Of a stretch of DNA of 64,000 nucleotides, positions 1 through 9,400 are shown piece by piece. The stretch's first letter is position 1. Every line of letters starts with the position of its first letter. Source of the stretch: Acidimicrobiia bacterium (GTDB taxonomy: Bacteria > Actinomycetota > Acidimicrobiia > Spongiisociales > UBA11373); assembly GCA_030584185.1 (NCBI GenBank), contig CP129495.1, positions 1,079,628-1,143,627 of the forward strand, written 5' to 3'. The position numbers were made by a program, and so were the translations under genes. The notes under the pieces were generated by a model. It saw nothing but the letters and a program-made list of their open reading frames with translations, was not told the DNA's origin and did no database searches.

Positions 1-124
1 TGCCGCCCGTCGACGAAGCCGCCGCCGGGCGCCTCGCCGAGACTGCTGAACGGATCCGAGCGGCGGCGGGCTGAACCACTCGGAAGTTCGCCCGGCTACA
101 TTTCCTGCCAGTAGAGGGAGGTCG

Positions 125-685
125 ATGCCCCGAGTGGAGCACGCCGATGGTTCAGGTCAAGCCGGTGTGGAGCCGATCGCGAGGGCGATTCTGGCGGCCA
201 ACCAGCGCGAGTTCCTCAGGGCGGCCCGCGGCCAACGGTTCGCCTTCGCCACGATGAAGTGGCTGTTCCTGGTCGTGTTCCTGATCTCGCTGGGGGCGAT
301 GATCGCCGCCGTCCGCCTCGCCTCCAACCCTCCTGCAGCCGGGTACGACTGGGCGTACGCCGGCACCGTGGCAGCCGTCGCCGCCATGGCGGTGATCCTC
401 TTTGCCCTCGTGCTCTACATGCGCCCCATGGCCACGCTTGAGCGGAACTCGGTCGTGCAGTCGTTCCTAACGGTCGTGGTCAACTCGTACTGGACGCGCC
501 TGCTGTACACGGCGGACGCCGCCGACGTCGACGCCCACCTCGAAGGGGCCACCGCCTACACCGTGGGGCACCTCGGGGCGCTCCTCGACCGGCAGATCCT
601 GGGGGCATCGCGCTTCATGGACCTGGTGAAGAAGGCACAGGACGACGCCGACCTGGATCCCGGGGCGTACACCTCGCCGCTGTGA
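125..685 (+). CDS. hypothetical membrane protein (two hydrophobic segments)
   Basis: 186-aa ORF preceded by AGGGAGG RBS 5 nt upstream of ATG; TM-like segments WLFLVVFLISLGAMIAAV and VAAVAAMAVILFALVLYM; no recognisable catalytic motif. Confidence 0.5.
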   Translation: MPRVEHADGSGQAGVEPIARAILAANQREFLRAARGQRFAFATMKWLFLVVFLISLGAMIAAVRLASNPPAAGYDWAYAGTVAAVAAMAVILFALVLYMRPMATLERNSVVQSFLTVVVNSYWTRLLYTADAADVDAHLEGATAYTVGHLGALLDRQILGASRFMDLVKKAQDDADLDPGAYTSPL

Positions 686-719
686 ACGCCTTCGCCCGGA
701 CGCGTCGACCGTCCGGCGC

Positions 720-1253
720 TCAGTCTTCGGTGTGCTCCAACACGCAGATCCGGGGCAGCGTGCGGTGCCGCTCGGCGAAGTCGAGCCCGTACCCGACTAC
801 CCATACGTCGGGGATGTCGAACCCCAGGTAGTCGATGGGCACATCCACCTCTGCGCGGTCGGGCTTGCGCAGCAGGGTGCAGGTCTTGAGCGACGCCGGA
901 AGGCGGGCCCGCAGGAGACGCAGCAGGTAGGAGAGGGTGTGGGCAGTGTCCACGATGTCCTCGATCACCAGCACGTGCTTCCCCCCGATGTCGTGACGCA
1001 CGTCGAGGATGAGGCGCACCGCGCCCGGGTCCTCGCTCTCGCGATCACCGTATGACGACACCGAGATGAACTCGACCCGATGCGGCGTCCGAATCCTTCG
1101 CGACAGGTCGGCCAGGAATAGGAACGACCCCTTGAGGACGCCGATCAGAACCAGCTCGTCCGAACCCGCGTAGTCCCGGTCGATCTCACCGGCGAGCTCG
1201 GCGACTCGTGCGGCGATCTGCTCCTCGTCTATCAGGGTGGTGAGGGATTCCAC
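720..1253 (-). CDS. hpt: hypoxanthine-guanine phosphoribosyltransferase
   Basis: 177 aa; PRPP-binding motif VLVIEDIVDTAHTL and typical Hpt N-terminus (IDEEQIAARVAELAGEI...VLIGVLKGSFLF). Confidence 0.9.
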   Translation of the reverse strand: MESLTTLIDEEQIAARVAELAGEIDRDYAGSDELVLIGVLKGSFLFLADLSRRIRTPHRVEFISVSSYGDRESEDPGAVRLILDVRHDIGGKHVLVIEDIVDTAHTLSYLLRLLRARLPASLKTCTLLRKPDRAEVDVPIDYLGFDIPDVWVVGYGLDFAERHRTLPRICVLEHTED

Positions 1254-1476
1254 CGGGCGAGGATACCGGGTGCCCCGACGCCCGCCGTGGCCTGTTGACG
1301 GCTGCCCGAGTTCCTGCGAGAGTCGATCCGTCCTCGATGGGAGGACGAAGGAGGCCCACGATGTTCAGGAACCCGACCCAGGTCCGCTGACCCGGAGCGT
1401 CGCCTGAATTCGTGCGGCCCGCCGGCGGCGAGCAGCTACCCACCCCCCCTGGTGGCGCGCCCGCGCCACCTCCCGC

Positions 1477-3243
1477 TTGAGGAGATCGATGATCCCGGTG
1501 CGCGCCTACTGGCGCCTCTTACGAAGGTACCTCCGCCCGCTGCGAGCCCGGGCGGCGGTCATGGCCGCCCTTCTCCTGACCGGCATCGCCTTCCAGGTGA
1601 TCAATCCTCAGCTGATCCGGGCCTTCATCGATGGGGCCCTGGAGGGCGCCCCCACATCGGAACTGCTGGCGCCTGCCATCTGGTTCGTCCTACTGGCGGT
1701 GGGCCATCAACTGCTCAGTGTCGCCGCCACCTACTTCGCCCAGCAGGTCGGCTGGTCCGCCACCAACACGATGCGCACCGACCTGACCGCCCACCTCCTC
1801 GACCTCGACCTCTCCTTCCACAAGACCCGCAGCCCGGGCGAGCTGATCGAACGCGTCGACGGCGACGTCACCACGCTCTCCAACTTCTTTTCGGCGTTCG
1901 TGGTGCACGTGATCGGCAACCTGGTCCTGGTGGCGGCAGTCGTCGCCCTGATGTGGCGGGAGCATCCGTGGCTGGGCATGGGGATGGGCCTGTTCGCCAC
2001 CGCGGCGATGGTCTTCATGATCCGCATCCAGGCGCTCGCCGTGCCCTGGTGGCAGGCGGTTCGAGCGAAGCGGGCCGAGTTCTTCGGGTTCCTCGGCGAG
2101 CAGCTGGGAGGCACCGAGGACATCCGTGCCAACGGGGCGGTTCCCTACATGATGCACCGGTTCACCTCCTTCCACAGGGAGTGGCGCCCGCTCGAGGTGA
2201 GGGGTGAGCTCGGGTTCGGGCTCCTGTGGGGGTCGTCGATCACGGTCTACGTGTTCGGTCTGGCGATGGTGTTCGGTCTCGGTGCCAGGCTGCTCGGCGA
2301 GGGTGCCCTCACCGTGGGAACCGTCTACCTGGTCTTCCACTACACGGAGATGATCCGTCATCCCATCGACCAGATCCGCACCCAGATGCAGGACCTGCAG
2401 AAGGCGGGGGCCGGCATCGCCCGGGTCGAGGAGATCTTCGCCGCCACGCCACAGCTCGAGGAGAACGGGACGGCATCGCTTCCCGACGGTCCCCTTGCAG
2501 CGGATCTTCGGTCGGTGACCTTCCGCTATCGCGACGAGGCGTCCGACGGCGAGATCGTCCTCGACGGGGTGAACCTGAGGCTGGCGCCGGGACGGGTGCT
2601 CGGGGTCCTCGGCCGCACCGGCTCGGGGAAGTCCACACTGGCCCGGCTGCTCACCCGCCTCTACGACCCCGTCGCCGGCGAGATCCTGCTCGGAGGCGTC
2701 GACCTTCGCCGGGTCCACCGTGACAGCCGGCGCGCCCGGATCGGCATGGTCACCCAGGAGGTGCAGCTCTTCCGGGCGACCGTCCGTCAGAACCTGACCT
2801 TCTTCGACGGCACCATCGAGGACACCCGTCTGTGGGAGGTGCTGTTCGACCTCGGGATCGGGGACTGGGTGGCGGGACTTCCCGAGGGCCTGGACACCAT
2901 GCTGGAGTCGGGTTCGGGAGGGATCTCGGCCGGCCAGGCACAGCTGCTCGCCTTCACCCGGATCTTCCTTCGCGACCCGGGCCTGGTCATCCTCGACGAG
3001 GCGTCTTCGCGTCTCGACCCAGCCACGGAGATGCTCATCGAGAGGGGTGTGGCCCGCCTGCTATCGCGCAGAACCGGGATCATCATCGCCCACCGGCTGG
3101 CCACCGTGGAACGGGCCGACGACATCCTCATCCTCGAGGGTGGGCGCGTCGCCGAGCACGGCCCTCGAGAGGCCCTGGCGGCCGACCCGAACAGCCGGTT
3201 CGCATCGCTGCTGCGAACCGGGATCGAGGAGCTGCTGGCATGA
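1477..3243 (+). CDS. ABC transporter, fused permease/ATP-binding subunit (heterodimeric exporter, subunit 1)
   Basis: 588 aa; N-terminal 6-TM exporter domain, Walker A GRTGSGKST, Walker B VILDEAS with glutamate, degenerate signature ISAGQ. Confidence 0.85.
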   Translation: MRRSMIPVRAYWRLLRRYLRPLRARAAVMAALLLTGIAFQVINPQLIRAFIDGALEGAPTSELLAPAIWFVLLAVGHQLLSVAATYFAQQVGWSATNTMRTDLTAHLLDLDLSFHKTRSPGELIERVDGDVTTLSNFFSAFVVHVIGNLVLVAAVVALMWREHPWLGMGMGLFATAAMVFMIRIQALAVPWWQAVRAKRAEFFGFLGEQLGGTEDIRANGAVPYMMHRFTSFHREWRPLEVRGELGFGLLWGSSITVYVFGLAMVFGLGARLLGEGALTVGTVYLVFHYTEMIRHPIDQIRTQMQDLQKAGAGIARVEEIFAATPQLEENGTASLPDGPLAADLRSVTFRYRDEASDGEIVLDGVNLRLAPGRVLGVLGRTGSGKSTLARLLTRLYDPVAGEILLGGVDLRRVHRDSRRARIGMVTQEVQLFRATVRQNLTFFDGTIEDTRLWEVLFDLGIGDWVAGLPEGLDTMLESGSGGISAGQAQLLAFTRIFLRDPGLVILDEASSRLDPATEMLIERGVARLLSRRTGIIIAHRLATVERADDILILEGGRVAEHGPREALAADPNSRFASLLRTGIEELLA

Positions 3244-5030
3244 CCGGACCCATCGAGCCCCGCGCCGTCCCCACCGCCCGTCTCGGCTGGCGCCTGATCA
3301 CCTTCCAGAAGGCGCGCTATGTGGCCAACATCGCCGCCTGGGCCGCCATGTGGGTGATGCCGGTGATCCCGGCGATGATCACCCGCAACTTCTTCGACTC
3401 CCTGGGTATCGACACGGCCAATGGCCCGTCGGTGGCGTTCCTGGTGGCGTTGGTGCTGGCCTACGGGGCGGGAAGGATCTCCATGGTCATTGTCGGCGTG
3501 TGGACCTGGGCGAACCTCGGGTTCCGCATCGCCACCCTGCTCCGGCGCAACATGCTGAAGCGGATCTTCGATCTCCCCGGGGCCCAGTCGATGAAGGAGT
3601 CCCCCGGCGACGCCATCAGCCGGTTCCGCGACGACGTCGACGAGAACGTGGAGTCGTTCGGCTGGTCGGTCGACATGCTCGGCCTGGGGCTGTTCTCCGT
3701 CGTCGCCCTGTGGATGCTGGTGTCGATCGATGCCGGCCTCACCCTCGCCGTGTTCGGCCCCACCGTGGGCATCGTCTACGTGGCAGCCATCGCCCGGCCC
3801 AGGATCAAGCGGTACCGGGAGGCGGCGCGTGAGGCGACGGGCCGGGTCACCGAGGCCCTCGGGGAGACCTTCGGGGCGGTTCAGGCGATCAAGGTGGCCG
3901 GGGCCGAGGCTTCCATCACCGAGCACGTCGCTCGCCTCAACGACATCCGGCGCGACGCCACGGTCAAGGACAAGGTGCTCACCTCGATGCTGGAGTCGCT
4001 GTTCTGGAACACCATCAGCATCGGGACCGGGATCATCCTCATCCTGGCCTCCGGAACGATGCGTTCGGGGGAGTTCACGGTGGGCGAGTTCGCCCTGTTC
4101 GTCTACTTCCTCGGGTTCGTCACCGACGCCGTGTTCTTCCTCGGCCTCTTCATCGCCCGCTACCAGCAGGCATCCGTCTCCTTCGCCCGGATGCTGGCGC
4201 TGATGGGCGACGAGGTCGATCCGATGGCCCTGGTGGAGCATGTCGATCTGCAGCTGCGGGGACCGCTCTTCGACCCGGAGGTGGTGCCGCCACACCTGGC
4301 GCCGCTCGAGCACCTCGAGGTGAGCGACCTCACCTTCCGGTATCCGGGCACCAACGAGGGCATCACCGACGTGGGTTTCGGCGTTCCGGCCGGGTCCTTC
4401 ACGGTCATCACGGGCCGTGTGGGCGCCGGCAAGACCACGCTCCTGCGGGCCATACTCGGCCTGGTCGAGGCCGATTCGGGAACCGTCTCCTGGAACGGCG
4501 AGGTCGTGGAGGACCCCGCCGGCTTCTTCGTCCCGCCTCGCTCGGCGTACACGCCGCAGGTGCCCCGCCTGTTCTCGCTTGCCCTCATCGACAACCTCCT
4601 GATGGGTCGCGACGACTCGGTGCGTCAGGTCGAAGAGGCTGTGAACTCGGCGGTGATGGCACCCGACGTCGCCGCCATGCCCGCCGGCCTGGACACGATG
4701 GTGGGACCCATGGGAGTGCGCCTCTCCGGTGGCCAGATTCAGCGCTCGGCAGCGGCGCGCATGTTCGTGCGCCGTCCCGACCTGCTGGTGTTCGACGACG
4801 TATCCAGCGCCCTTGACGTCGAGACCGAGCGCATCCTCTGGGAGGGCCTGTTCCGCGACCGGTTGGGGGTCACCTGCCTGGTGGTCTCGCATCGCCGGCC
4901 GGCGCTGCAGCGGGCCGATCAGATAGTGGTGATGGCCGGGGGCCGCGTCGCCGCCGTGGGCACCCTCGAAGAACTCCTCGCCTCCAGTGCCGAGTTCAGG
5001 GCGATGTGGGAGTCGCCCGGCGAAGACTGA
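3240..5030 (+). CDS. ABC transporter, fused permease/ATP-binding subunit (heterodimeric exporter, subunit 2)
   Basis: ATG overlaps upstream stop (ATGA at 3240-3243); TM domain then Walker A GRVGAGKTT, canonical signature LSGGQ, Walker B LLVFDDVS (catalytic E replaced by D). Confidence 0.85.
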   Translation: MTGPIEPRAVPTARLGWRLITFQKARYVANIAAWAAMWVMPVIPAMITRNFFDSLGIDTANGPSVAFLVALVLAYGAGRISMVIVGVWTWANLGFRIATLLRRNMLKRIFDLPGAQSMKESPGDAISRFRDDVDENVESFGWSVDMLGLGLFSVVALWMLVSIDAGLTLAVFGPTVGIVYVAAIARPRIKRYREAAREATGRVTEALGETFGAVQAIKVAGAEASITEHVARLNDIRRDATVKDKVLTSMLESLFWNTISIGTGIILILASGTMRSGEFTVGEFALFVYFLGFVTDAVFFLGLFIARYQQASVSFARMLALMGDEVDPMALVEHVDLQLRGPLFDPEVVPPHLAPLEHLEVSDLTFRYPGTNEGITDVGFGVPAGSFTVITGRVGAGKTTLLRAILGLVEADSGTVSWNGEVVEDPAGFFVPPRSAYTPQVPRLFSLALIDNLLMGRDDSVRQVEEAVNSAVMAPDVAAMPAGLDTMVGPMGVRLSGGQIQRSAAARMFVRRPDLLVFDDVSSALDVETERILWEGLFRDRLGVTCLVVSHRRPALQRADQIVVMAGGRVAAVGTLEELLASSAEFRAMWESPGED

Positions 5031-5054
5031 GGCCGCCACCCGGCGACGACAAGG

Positions 5055-5960
5055 TCAGTCGTCGGTGACGCTGAACCCGTCGACCTCCATCGACTGGCCG
5101 GGCCATCCGACCAGCACCACGCCGACGTGCCCGGAGGTGAACTCGATGGGCGGATCGAACTGCTGCGCCAGGGCGCCGTTCACGTAGATCGACACCATGC
5201 CCCCGCTGGTCACCACCTTGATCGTCGTCCACTGGCCGGCGAGGAATGCGCTTTCGGGCGGCAGAGCCTCACTGGCTCCATCTTCTTCTATGCCCACCCT
5301 TTCCCAGAGGACCAGCTCTCCGGCGAAGGGCCGGATGCCGACGCCGAAGAAGTGATCGACGACGGCGTCGGAAGGATCATCGGCGAACAGGGCGATCCCG
5401 CCGAAGGTCCAATCGCCGGGTGGTGCCTGCCACCTGACGGACGCCTCGATCGTCACCGTGTCGTCGACCGCCGTCGGGTACAGCGCCATGAAGGTCGCCG
5501 GGTCGGTCTCCGTTCCCTCGGTCACCGTGATGATGGAAAAGGAATCACCGAGGCTCAGCGTCCCGGCACCCGGCAACGCCACCAGGCAGGTCGACCCTTC
5601 GAACCCGTCGAAGATCACCTTCCCCGACGGCAAATCGGAACACGGCGGCGGAGGTTCCGTGGTCGTCGTCGGCGGCAGTGTCGTCGTGACGACCGTGGTG
5701 ACCGTCGTCTCCTCGGTGGTGGTTGCCGACTGCTCGGCACCATCACCACGGAGAAGGAGAACGATGAGCGTCACCAGGAGTGTGAGAGCGACTCCGGCGA
5801 GCAAAGGGATCCAGGTCGTGGTCAGGTTGCTCGACGACGAATCGGCCACTTCTTCATGGGGCGGAACGCCGGGCGGGGGCGGTGGTGGAACCGACGAGCC
5901 TTGGGCTGACGGATCGACCTCGCCAGGCGGATCGATCGGGGGTGGTGGGGGTGTGGTCAC
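5055..5960 (-). CDS. membrane-anchored Pro/Thr-rich protein with C-terminal concanavalin-A-like (LamG/DUF1080-like) domain
   Basis: 301 aa; N-term poly-Pro (PPPPPIDPP, PPPPPPG), one TM helix (WIPLLAGVALTLLVTLIVLLL), Thr-rich linker (TTTEETTVTTVVTTTLPPTTTTEPPPP), C-term beta-rich domain (WTFGGIALFADD ... SIYVNGALAQQF). Confidence 0.6.
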   Translation of the reverse strand: MTTPPPPPIDPPGEVDPSAQGSSVPPPPPPGVPPHEEVADSSSSNLTTTWIPLLAGVALTLLVTLIVLLLRGDGAEQSATTTEETTVTTVVTTTLPPTTTTEPPPPCSDLPSGKVIFDGFEGSTCLVALPGAGTLSLGDSFSIITVTEGTETDPATFMALYPTAVDDTVTIEASVRWQAPPGDWTFGGIALFADDPSDAVVDHFFGVGIRPFAGELVLWERVGIEEDGASEALPPESAFLAGQWTTIKVVTSGGMVSIYVNGALAQQFDPPIEFTSGHVGVVLVGWPGQSMEVDGFSVTDD

Positions 5961-6254
5961 GATCTCAGGGTATTCGGATGGCGTCTATCGCGCCGGGCGT
6001 TCTCACGTGTAGCCGATGACTGGGAAGATCGCTGTTGGCCGAGGCACCGAGTCCTCTCATGAATGCGGAGCCCCGCAGGGCCGACGGCGGCTTTTCCTCC
6101 CCCGAAGGGGGGTGGCCCGAAGGGCCGGAGGGGGCACCAGCACGACGAGGCGTGTGTCGCGTTCCCTCCCCCGAAAAGGGGGGTGACAAGACGCTTCCCT
6201 GCATGGCCGTGCTTCTACCTGCGGGAATCGGAACACGACGTCTCCTCTCACCTC

Positions 6255-7046
6255 TCAGCCGCCCGACTCACGCTCCAGGTGCTGGTGCCGGCCCGGCACG
6301 GGACGGTGGGCCGGGTCCTCGATGAAGAAACCCCCGTCGGTGAGATGGAGGAACGACTGGCCGTAGGCTTCGGAGAGGTGCTCCAGGGTCAACACCTCTT
6401 CGGGTGGACCGGCCGCCACCACCCGCCCGGACAGCAGCAACACCCAGTCGGAGGCCGCCGCCTCGTTGAGATCGTGGGTGGTGATCACGACGGTCCGGCC
6501 AGCCGCCTGCTCCTGATGGATCACATCGTCGATCGCTCGCGCCGAGGCCAGGTCGAGCCCGGTGAGCGGCTCATCGAGCAGCAGGACGTCGTGCTCCTGC
6601 GCTATCCCCTGGGCGACGAACACCCGCTGCCGCTGCCCTCCCGAGAGCTCGTGGAGGTGACGGCCGGCAAGGTCGGACACGCCCATCCTCTCCATCGCCG
6701 CCATGACGAGCCGGCGATCGTGCGCCTTGAGCCGCCGATATGCGCCGACGGTTGCGTAGCGGCCCATCGTCACCACCTCGCCGACGGTCACCGGGAGCGA
6801 CTCGTTGACCTTGGTGGACTGCAGCACGTAGGAGATCTTCGGCTCTCCGGCTACCTGCAGAGAGCCGGTCGCCGGAGACAGCAGCCCGGCGATGGCATGA
6901 AGCAAGGTCGACTTGCCCGATCCGTTGGGACCGATGAGCGTCGAGACCACTCCCTCCGGGATCACGAAGTCGGAGGCATCCAGGGCCAGGCTGTTCCCGT
7001 AACGAAACGACACCCCGACGCCGGTGACCACAGGGCTCAGGCGCAT
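6255..7046 (-). CDS. znuC: metal (zinc) ABC transporter ATP-binding protein
   Basis: Walker A GPNGSGKST, signature LSGGQRQR, Walker B LLLDEPLTGLD; start taken at MRLSPVV (7046) rather than ORF-track 7220 because the upstream part is occupied by zur in another frame. Confidence 0.8.
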   Translation of the reverse strand: MRLSPVVTGVGVSFRYGNSLALDASDFVIPEGVVSTLIGPNGSGKSTLLHAIAGLLSPATGSLQVAGEPKISYVLQSTKVNESLPVTVGEVVTMGRYATVGAYRRLKAHDRRLVMAAMERMGVSDLAGRHLHELSGGQRQRVFVAQGIAQEHDVLLLDEPLTGLDLASARAIDDVIHQEQAAGRTVVITTHDLNEAAASDWVLLLSGRVVAAGPPEEVLTLEHLSEAYGQSFLHLTDGGFFIEDPAHRPVPGRHQHLERESGG

Positions 7047-7468
7047 CGGGCACACCTGCCCTCGATCTCCAGGACATGGTTCGCCGCGGAAAAGCCCGCC
7101 CGATCGGCGATCTCGACGACAATCGACTCCAGGTCCTGCTCCTCCACCGCGGGTACCGCCACGTCCTCCACCGCACCGCAGGTGACGCACACCAGGTGGT
7201 GATGATGCCCCGAGAGCCACTCCGCCGGTTCGTAACGGGTGACGCCGCGTGCCCCGTGATGGGGGGTGAGGACCCCGGCGTCCTCGAGGACGGCGAGCGA
7301 CCGGTAAAGCGAGGAGAGGGGGATGGCAGCACCGAGCAGATCATGTACCTCGGCAGCAGACTTGGGCCCGTCGGCGGCGAGGAGGGCGCCGACCACCGCC
7401 CGCCGCGACGGCGTGAACCGAACGCCGCGCTCCCTGAGCCGTTCTTCCACCCGAGAGTCGGTTGGCAT
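7037..7468 (-). CDS. zur: Fur-family zinc uptake regulator
   Basis: 143 aa from MPTDSRVEERLRERGVRFTPSRRAVVGALL; metal sites HHHHLVCVTCG ... CARC typical of Fur/Zur; 4-nt overlap with znuC start (operon). Confidence 0.85.
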   Translation of the reverse strand: MPTDSRVEERLRERGVRFTPSRRAVVGALLAADGPKSAAEVHDLLGAAIPLSSLYRSLAVLEDAGVLTPHHGARGVTRYEPAEWLSGHHHHLVCVTCGAVEDVAVPAVEEQDLESIVVEIADRAGFSAANHVLEIEGRCARCA

Positions 7469-7555
7469 CGTCGATCGCTCCTGATATCGTCCACGGCGAT
7501 GGTAAGAATGATTCTCAATATCGTCAACCCGTTGGGAAGCCGCAGTGCGGTCGTC
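7469..7555. promoter_or_regulatory. divergent zur-znuC / znuA-znuB promoter region with candidate Zur box
   Basis: TAAGAATGATTCTCAATATC at 7503-7522 resembles actinobacterial Zur box core AATGATTTTCA (1 mismatch); AT-rich relative to flanks. Confidence 0.45.
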
Positions 7556-8461
7556 ATGGCCCTGACACTCTCGCTGGTCGTGGCGGCATGCGGCGACGAG
7601 ACCGAAACCTCCGACGATCGCCCGTTGGTGGTCGCCACCACGACGATCCTGGGCGATCTGGCACGCCAGGTGGTCGGCGAATCGGCGCGAGTGGAGGTCC
7701 TGATGCCGATCGATGCCGACCCTCACGACTTTCAGCCCTCGTCGGGCCAGGTGGCCCTGCTCGCCGACGCCGAGCTGGTGGTGGCCAACGGCCTCGGCCT
7801 CGAGGAGGGACTCGAAGACGCCATCGAGTCCACCGCCGGAGATGGCGTGACCGTCCTCTGGCTGGCCGCGGCCCTGAATCCGATCCCGTTCGCCGATCAC
7901 GGCGAGGAAGCCGAGAACGGCAGCGATCACGGTGACCTGGATCCCCATGTATGGATGGATCCACTCCGAATGGCCGAAGGCGCTCGCCTGCTGGCCGCAG
8001 CCCTCGAAGAAGCCGCTCCCGGCGAGGACTGGACGACACCGGCCGAGGCGTATGCGCAAGAACTGCTCGATGCCGACCGACAGATCACGGAGATCCTGGC
8101 GGTGGTCCCCGACGAGAGACGGCTGCTGGTCACCAACCACGACTCACTCGGCTACTTCGCAGCCCGCTACGGGTTCGAGATCCTGGGAACGGTGATCCCT
8201 GGCGGCTCGACCACCGGCGAGCCCTCCTCACGGGATCTGGCCGCCCTGGCCGCCCTCATCACCGAGGCCGGAGTGCCGGCGGTCTTCTCCGAGACCACCG
8301 CACCCCAGAACGTGGTCGATGCGATCGTCGCCGAGGTGGGCACGGAGGTCGCGGTGGTCGACCTGTACTCCGGTTCCCTGGGGCCGGCGGGCACCGAAGC
8401 CGACACGCTCATCGGAATGCTCGTGGAGAACGCCCGCCGGATCGCCGGGGCCCTGTCATGA
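7532..8461 (+). CDS. znuA: metal (zinc) ABC transporter substrate-binding lipoprotein
   Basis: ZnuA/TroA-like SBP with His/Asp/Glu-rich loop (HGEEAENGSDHGDLDPH); lipobox LVVAAC. Start ambiguous: ATG 7499/7508 would overlap the Zur box, TTG 7532 gives a 21-aa signal peptide, ATG 7556 also possible. Confidence 0.75.
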   Translation: MGSRSAVVMALTLSLVVAACGDETETSDDRPLVVATTTILGDLARQVVGESARVEVLMPIDADPHDFQPSSGQVALLADAELVVANGLGLEEGLEDAIESTAGDGVTVLWLAAALNPIPFADHGEEAENGSDHGDLDPHVWMDPLRMAEGARLLAAALEEAAPGEDWTTPAEAYAQELLDADRQITEILAVVPDERRLLVTNHDSLGYFAARYGFEILGTVIPGGSTTGEPSSRDLAALAALITEAGVPAVFSETTAPQNVVDAIVAEVGTEVAVVDLYSGSLGPAGTEADTLIGMLVENARRIAGALS

Positions 8462-8486
8462 TCCCGCCGACACCCGGGAGGGGCCC

Positions 8487-9323
8487 GTGGACTGGCTGAC
8501 CGAACCGTTCTCCCACGCCTTCCAGCAACGCGCCCTGCTCGGCGCCGCCCTGGCGGCCGTGGCCACCTCCACGGTGGGGATCTGGGTGGTGGTGCGCGGG
8601 ATGAGCTTCCTCGCAGACGCCCTGGTCCACGGCGTCGTCCCGGGAATCGCCCTGGCTGTCCTCTTCGGGTTCGACCCAGCCCTGGGAGCCGCCGCTGCCG
8701 CCCTGGTCATGATCGGTGGGATCCGCCTGGTGCACCGCCAGACTCCCTTCTCCGAGGACACCGGTATCGGGCTGCTGTTCGTGGGAATGCTCGCCCTCGG
8801 CGTCATCCTCGTCTCTCGAACCGCTTCGTACAGCGTCGCCCTCAACTCGATCTTGTTCGGCAACGCCCTTGGGGTCACCGTTGGCGACATCGTCTGGCTG
8901 GCTGTGATCGCCGCCGTGGCGCTCGCCGTGTCGCTGCTGTTCTATCGGCGCTTCCTGGTCCTTGCGTTCAACGAGCAGAAAGCGGCTCTGCTCGGGCTCC
9001 GCCCCGGCCTGTCGCACGCCGTGCTGCTGGGGCTCACCACCCTGGCGATCGTCGGCGCCTTCCGCACCGTGGGTACCCTGCTCGTGTTCGGGCTGCTGGT
9101 GGGCCCTCCCGCCACTGCCGCCCTTCTGGTACGCAGGGTCCCGACGATGATGGCGGTGTCGATGGCGATCGGCGTCGCCTCGGCCGCACTCGGGCTGTTC
9201 ATCTCATATCACGCCGACACTTCCGGCTCGGCCACGATGGCACTGGTCCCGGTGGTCGGCTTCTTCCTCGTCCTCACCGTCAAGGGCGTGCTCAGAGGGG
9301 TGACTCGAAGCCCGGTTCGATGA
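8487..9323 (+). CDS. znuB: metal (zinc) ABC transporter permease
   Basis: GTG start 8487 in frame of ORF 8319..9323; 8-TM ZnuB/TroCD-like permease (LADALVHGVVPGIALA motif). Confidence 0.8.
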   Translation: MDWLTEPFSHAFQQRALLGAALAAVATSTVGIWVVVRGMSFLADALVHGVVPGIALAVLFGFDPALGAAAAALVMIGGIRLVHRQTPFSEDTGIGLLFVGMLALGVILVSRTASYSVALNSILFGNALGVTVGDIVWLAVIAAVALAVSLLFYRRFLVLAFNEQKAALLGLRPGLSHAVLLGLTTLAIVGAFRTVGTLLVFGLLVGPPATAALLVRRVPTMMAVSMAIGVASAALGLFISYHADTSGSATMALVPVVGFFLVLTVKGVLRGVTRSPVR

Positions 9324-9400
9324 CGGTCCCAGGGACCGAACTTTGGCGAGTGCCCGCATCCAATTAGGGTCTCGCCCTCCCGAACGCACCAGGAGATGAC

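Noticed and set aside
2787-5039. 750-aa minus-strand ORF (and 1690-2718 minus)
   Set aside because: Antisense to the ABC exporter genes, which have clear Walker/signature motifs on the plus strand.
6063-7202. 379-aa plus-strand ORF
   Set aside because: Antisense to znuC/zur, whose motifs are unambiguous on the minus strand.
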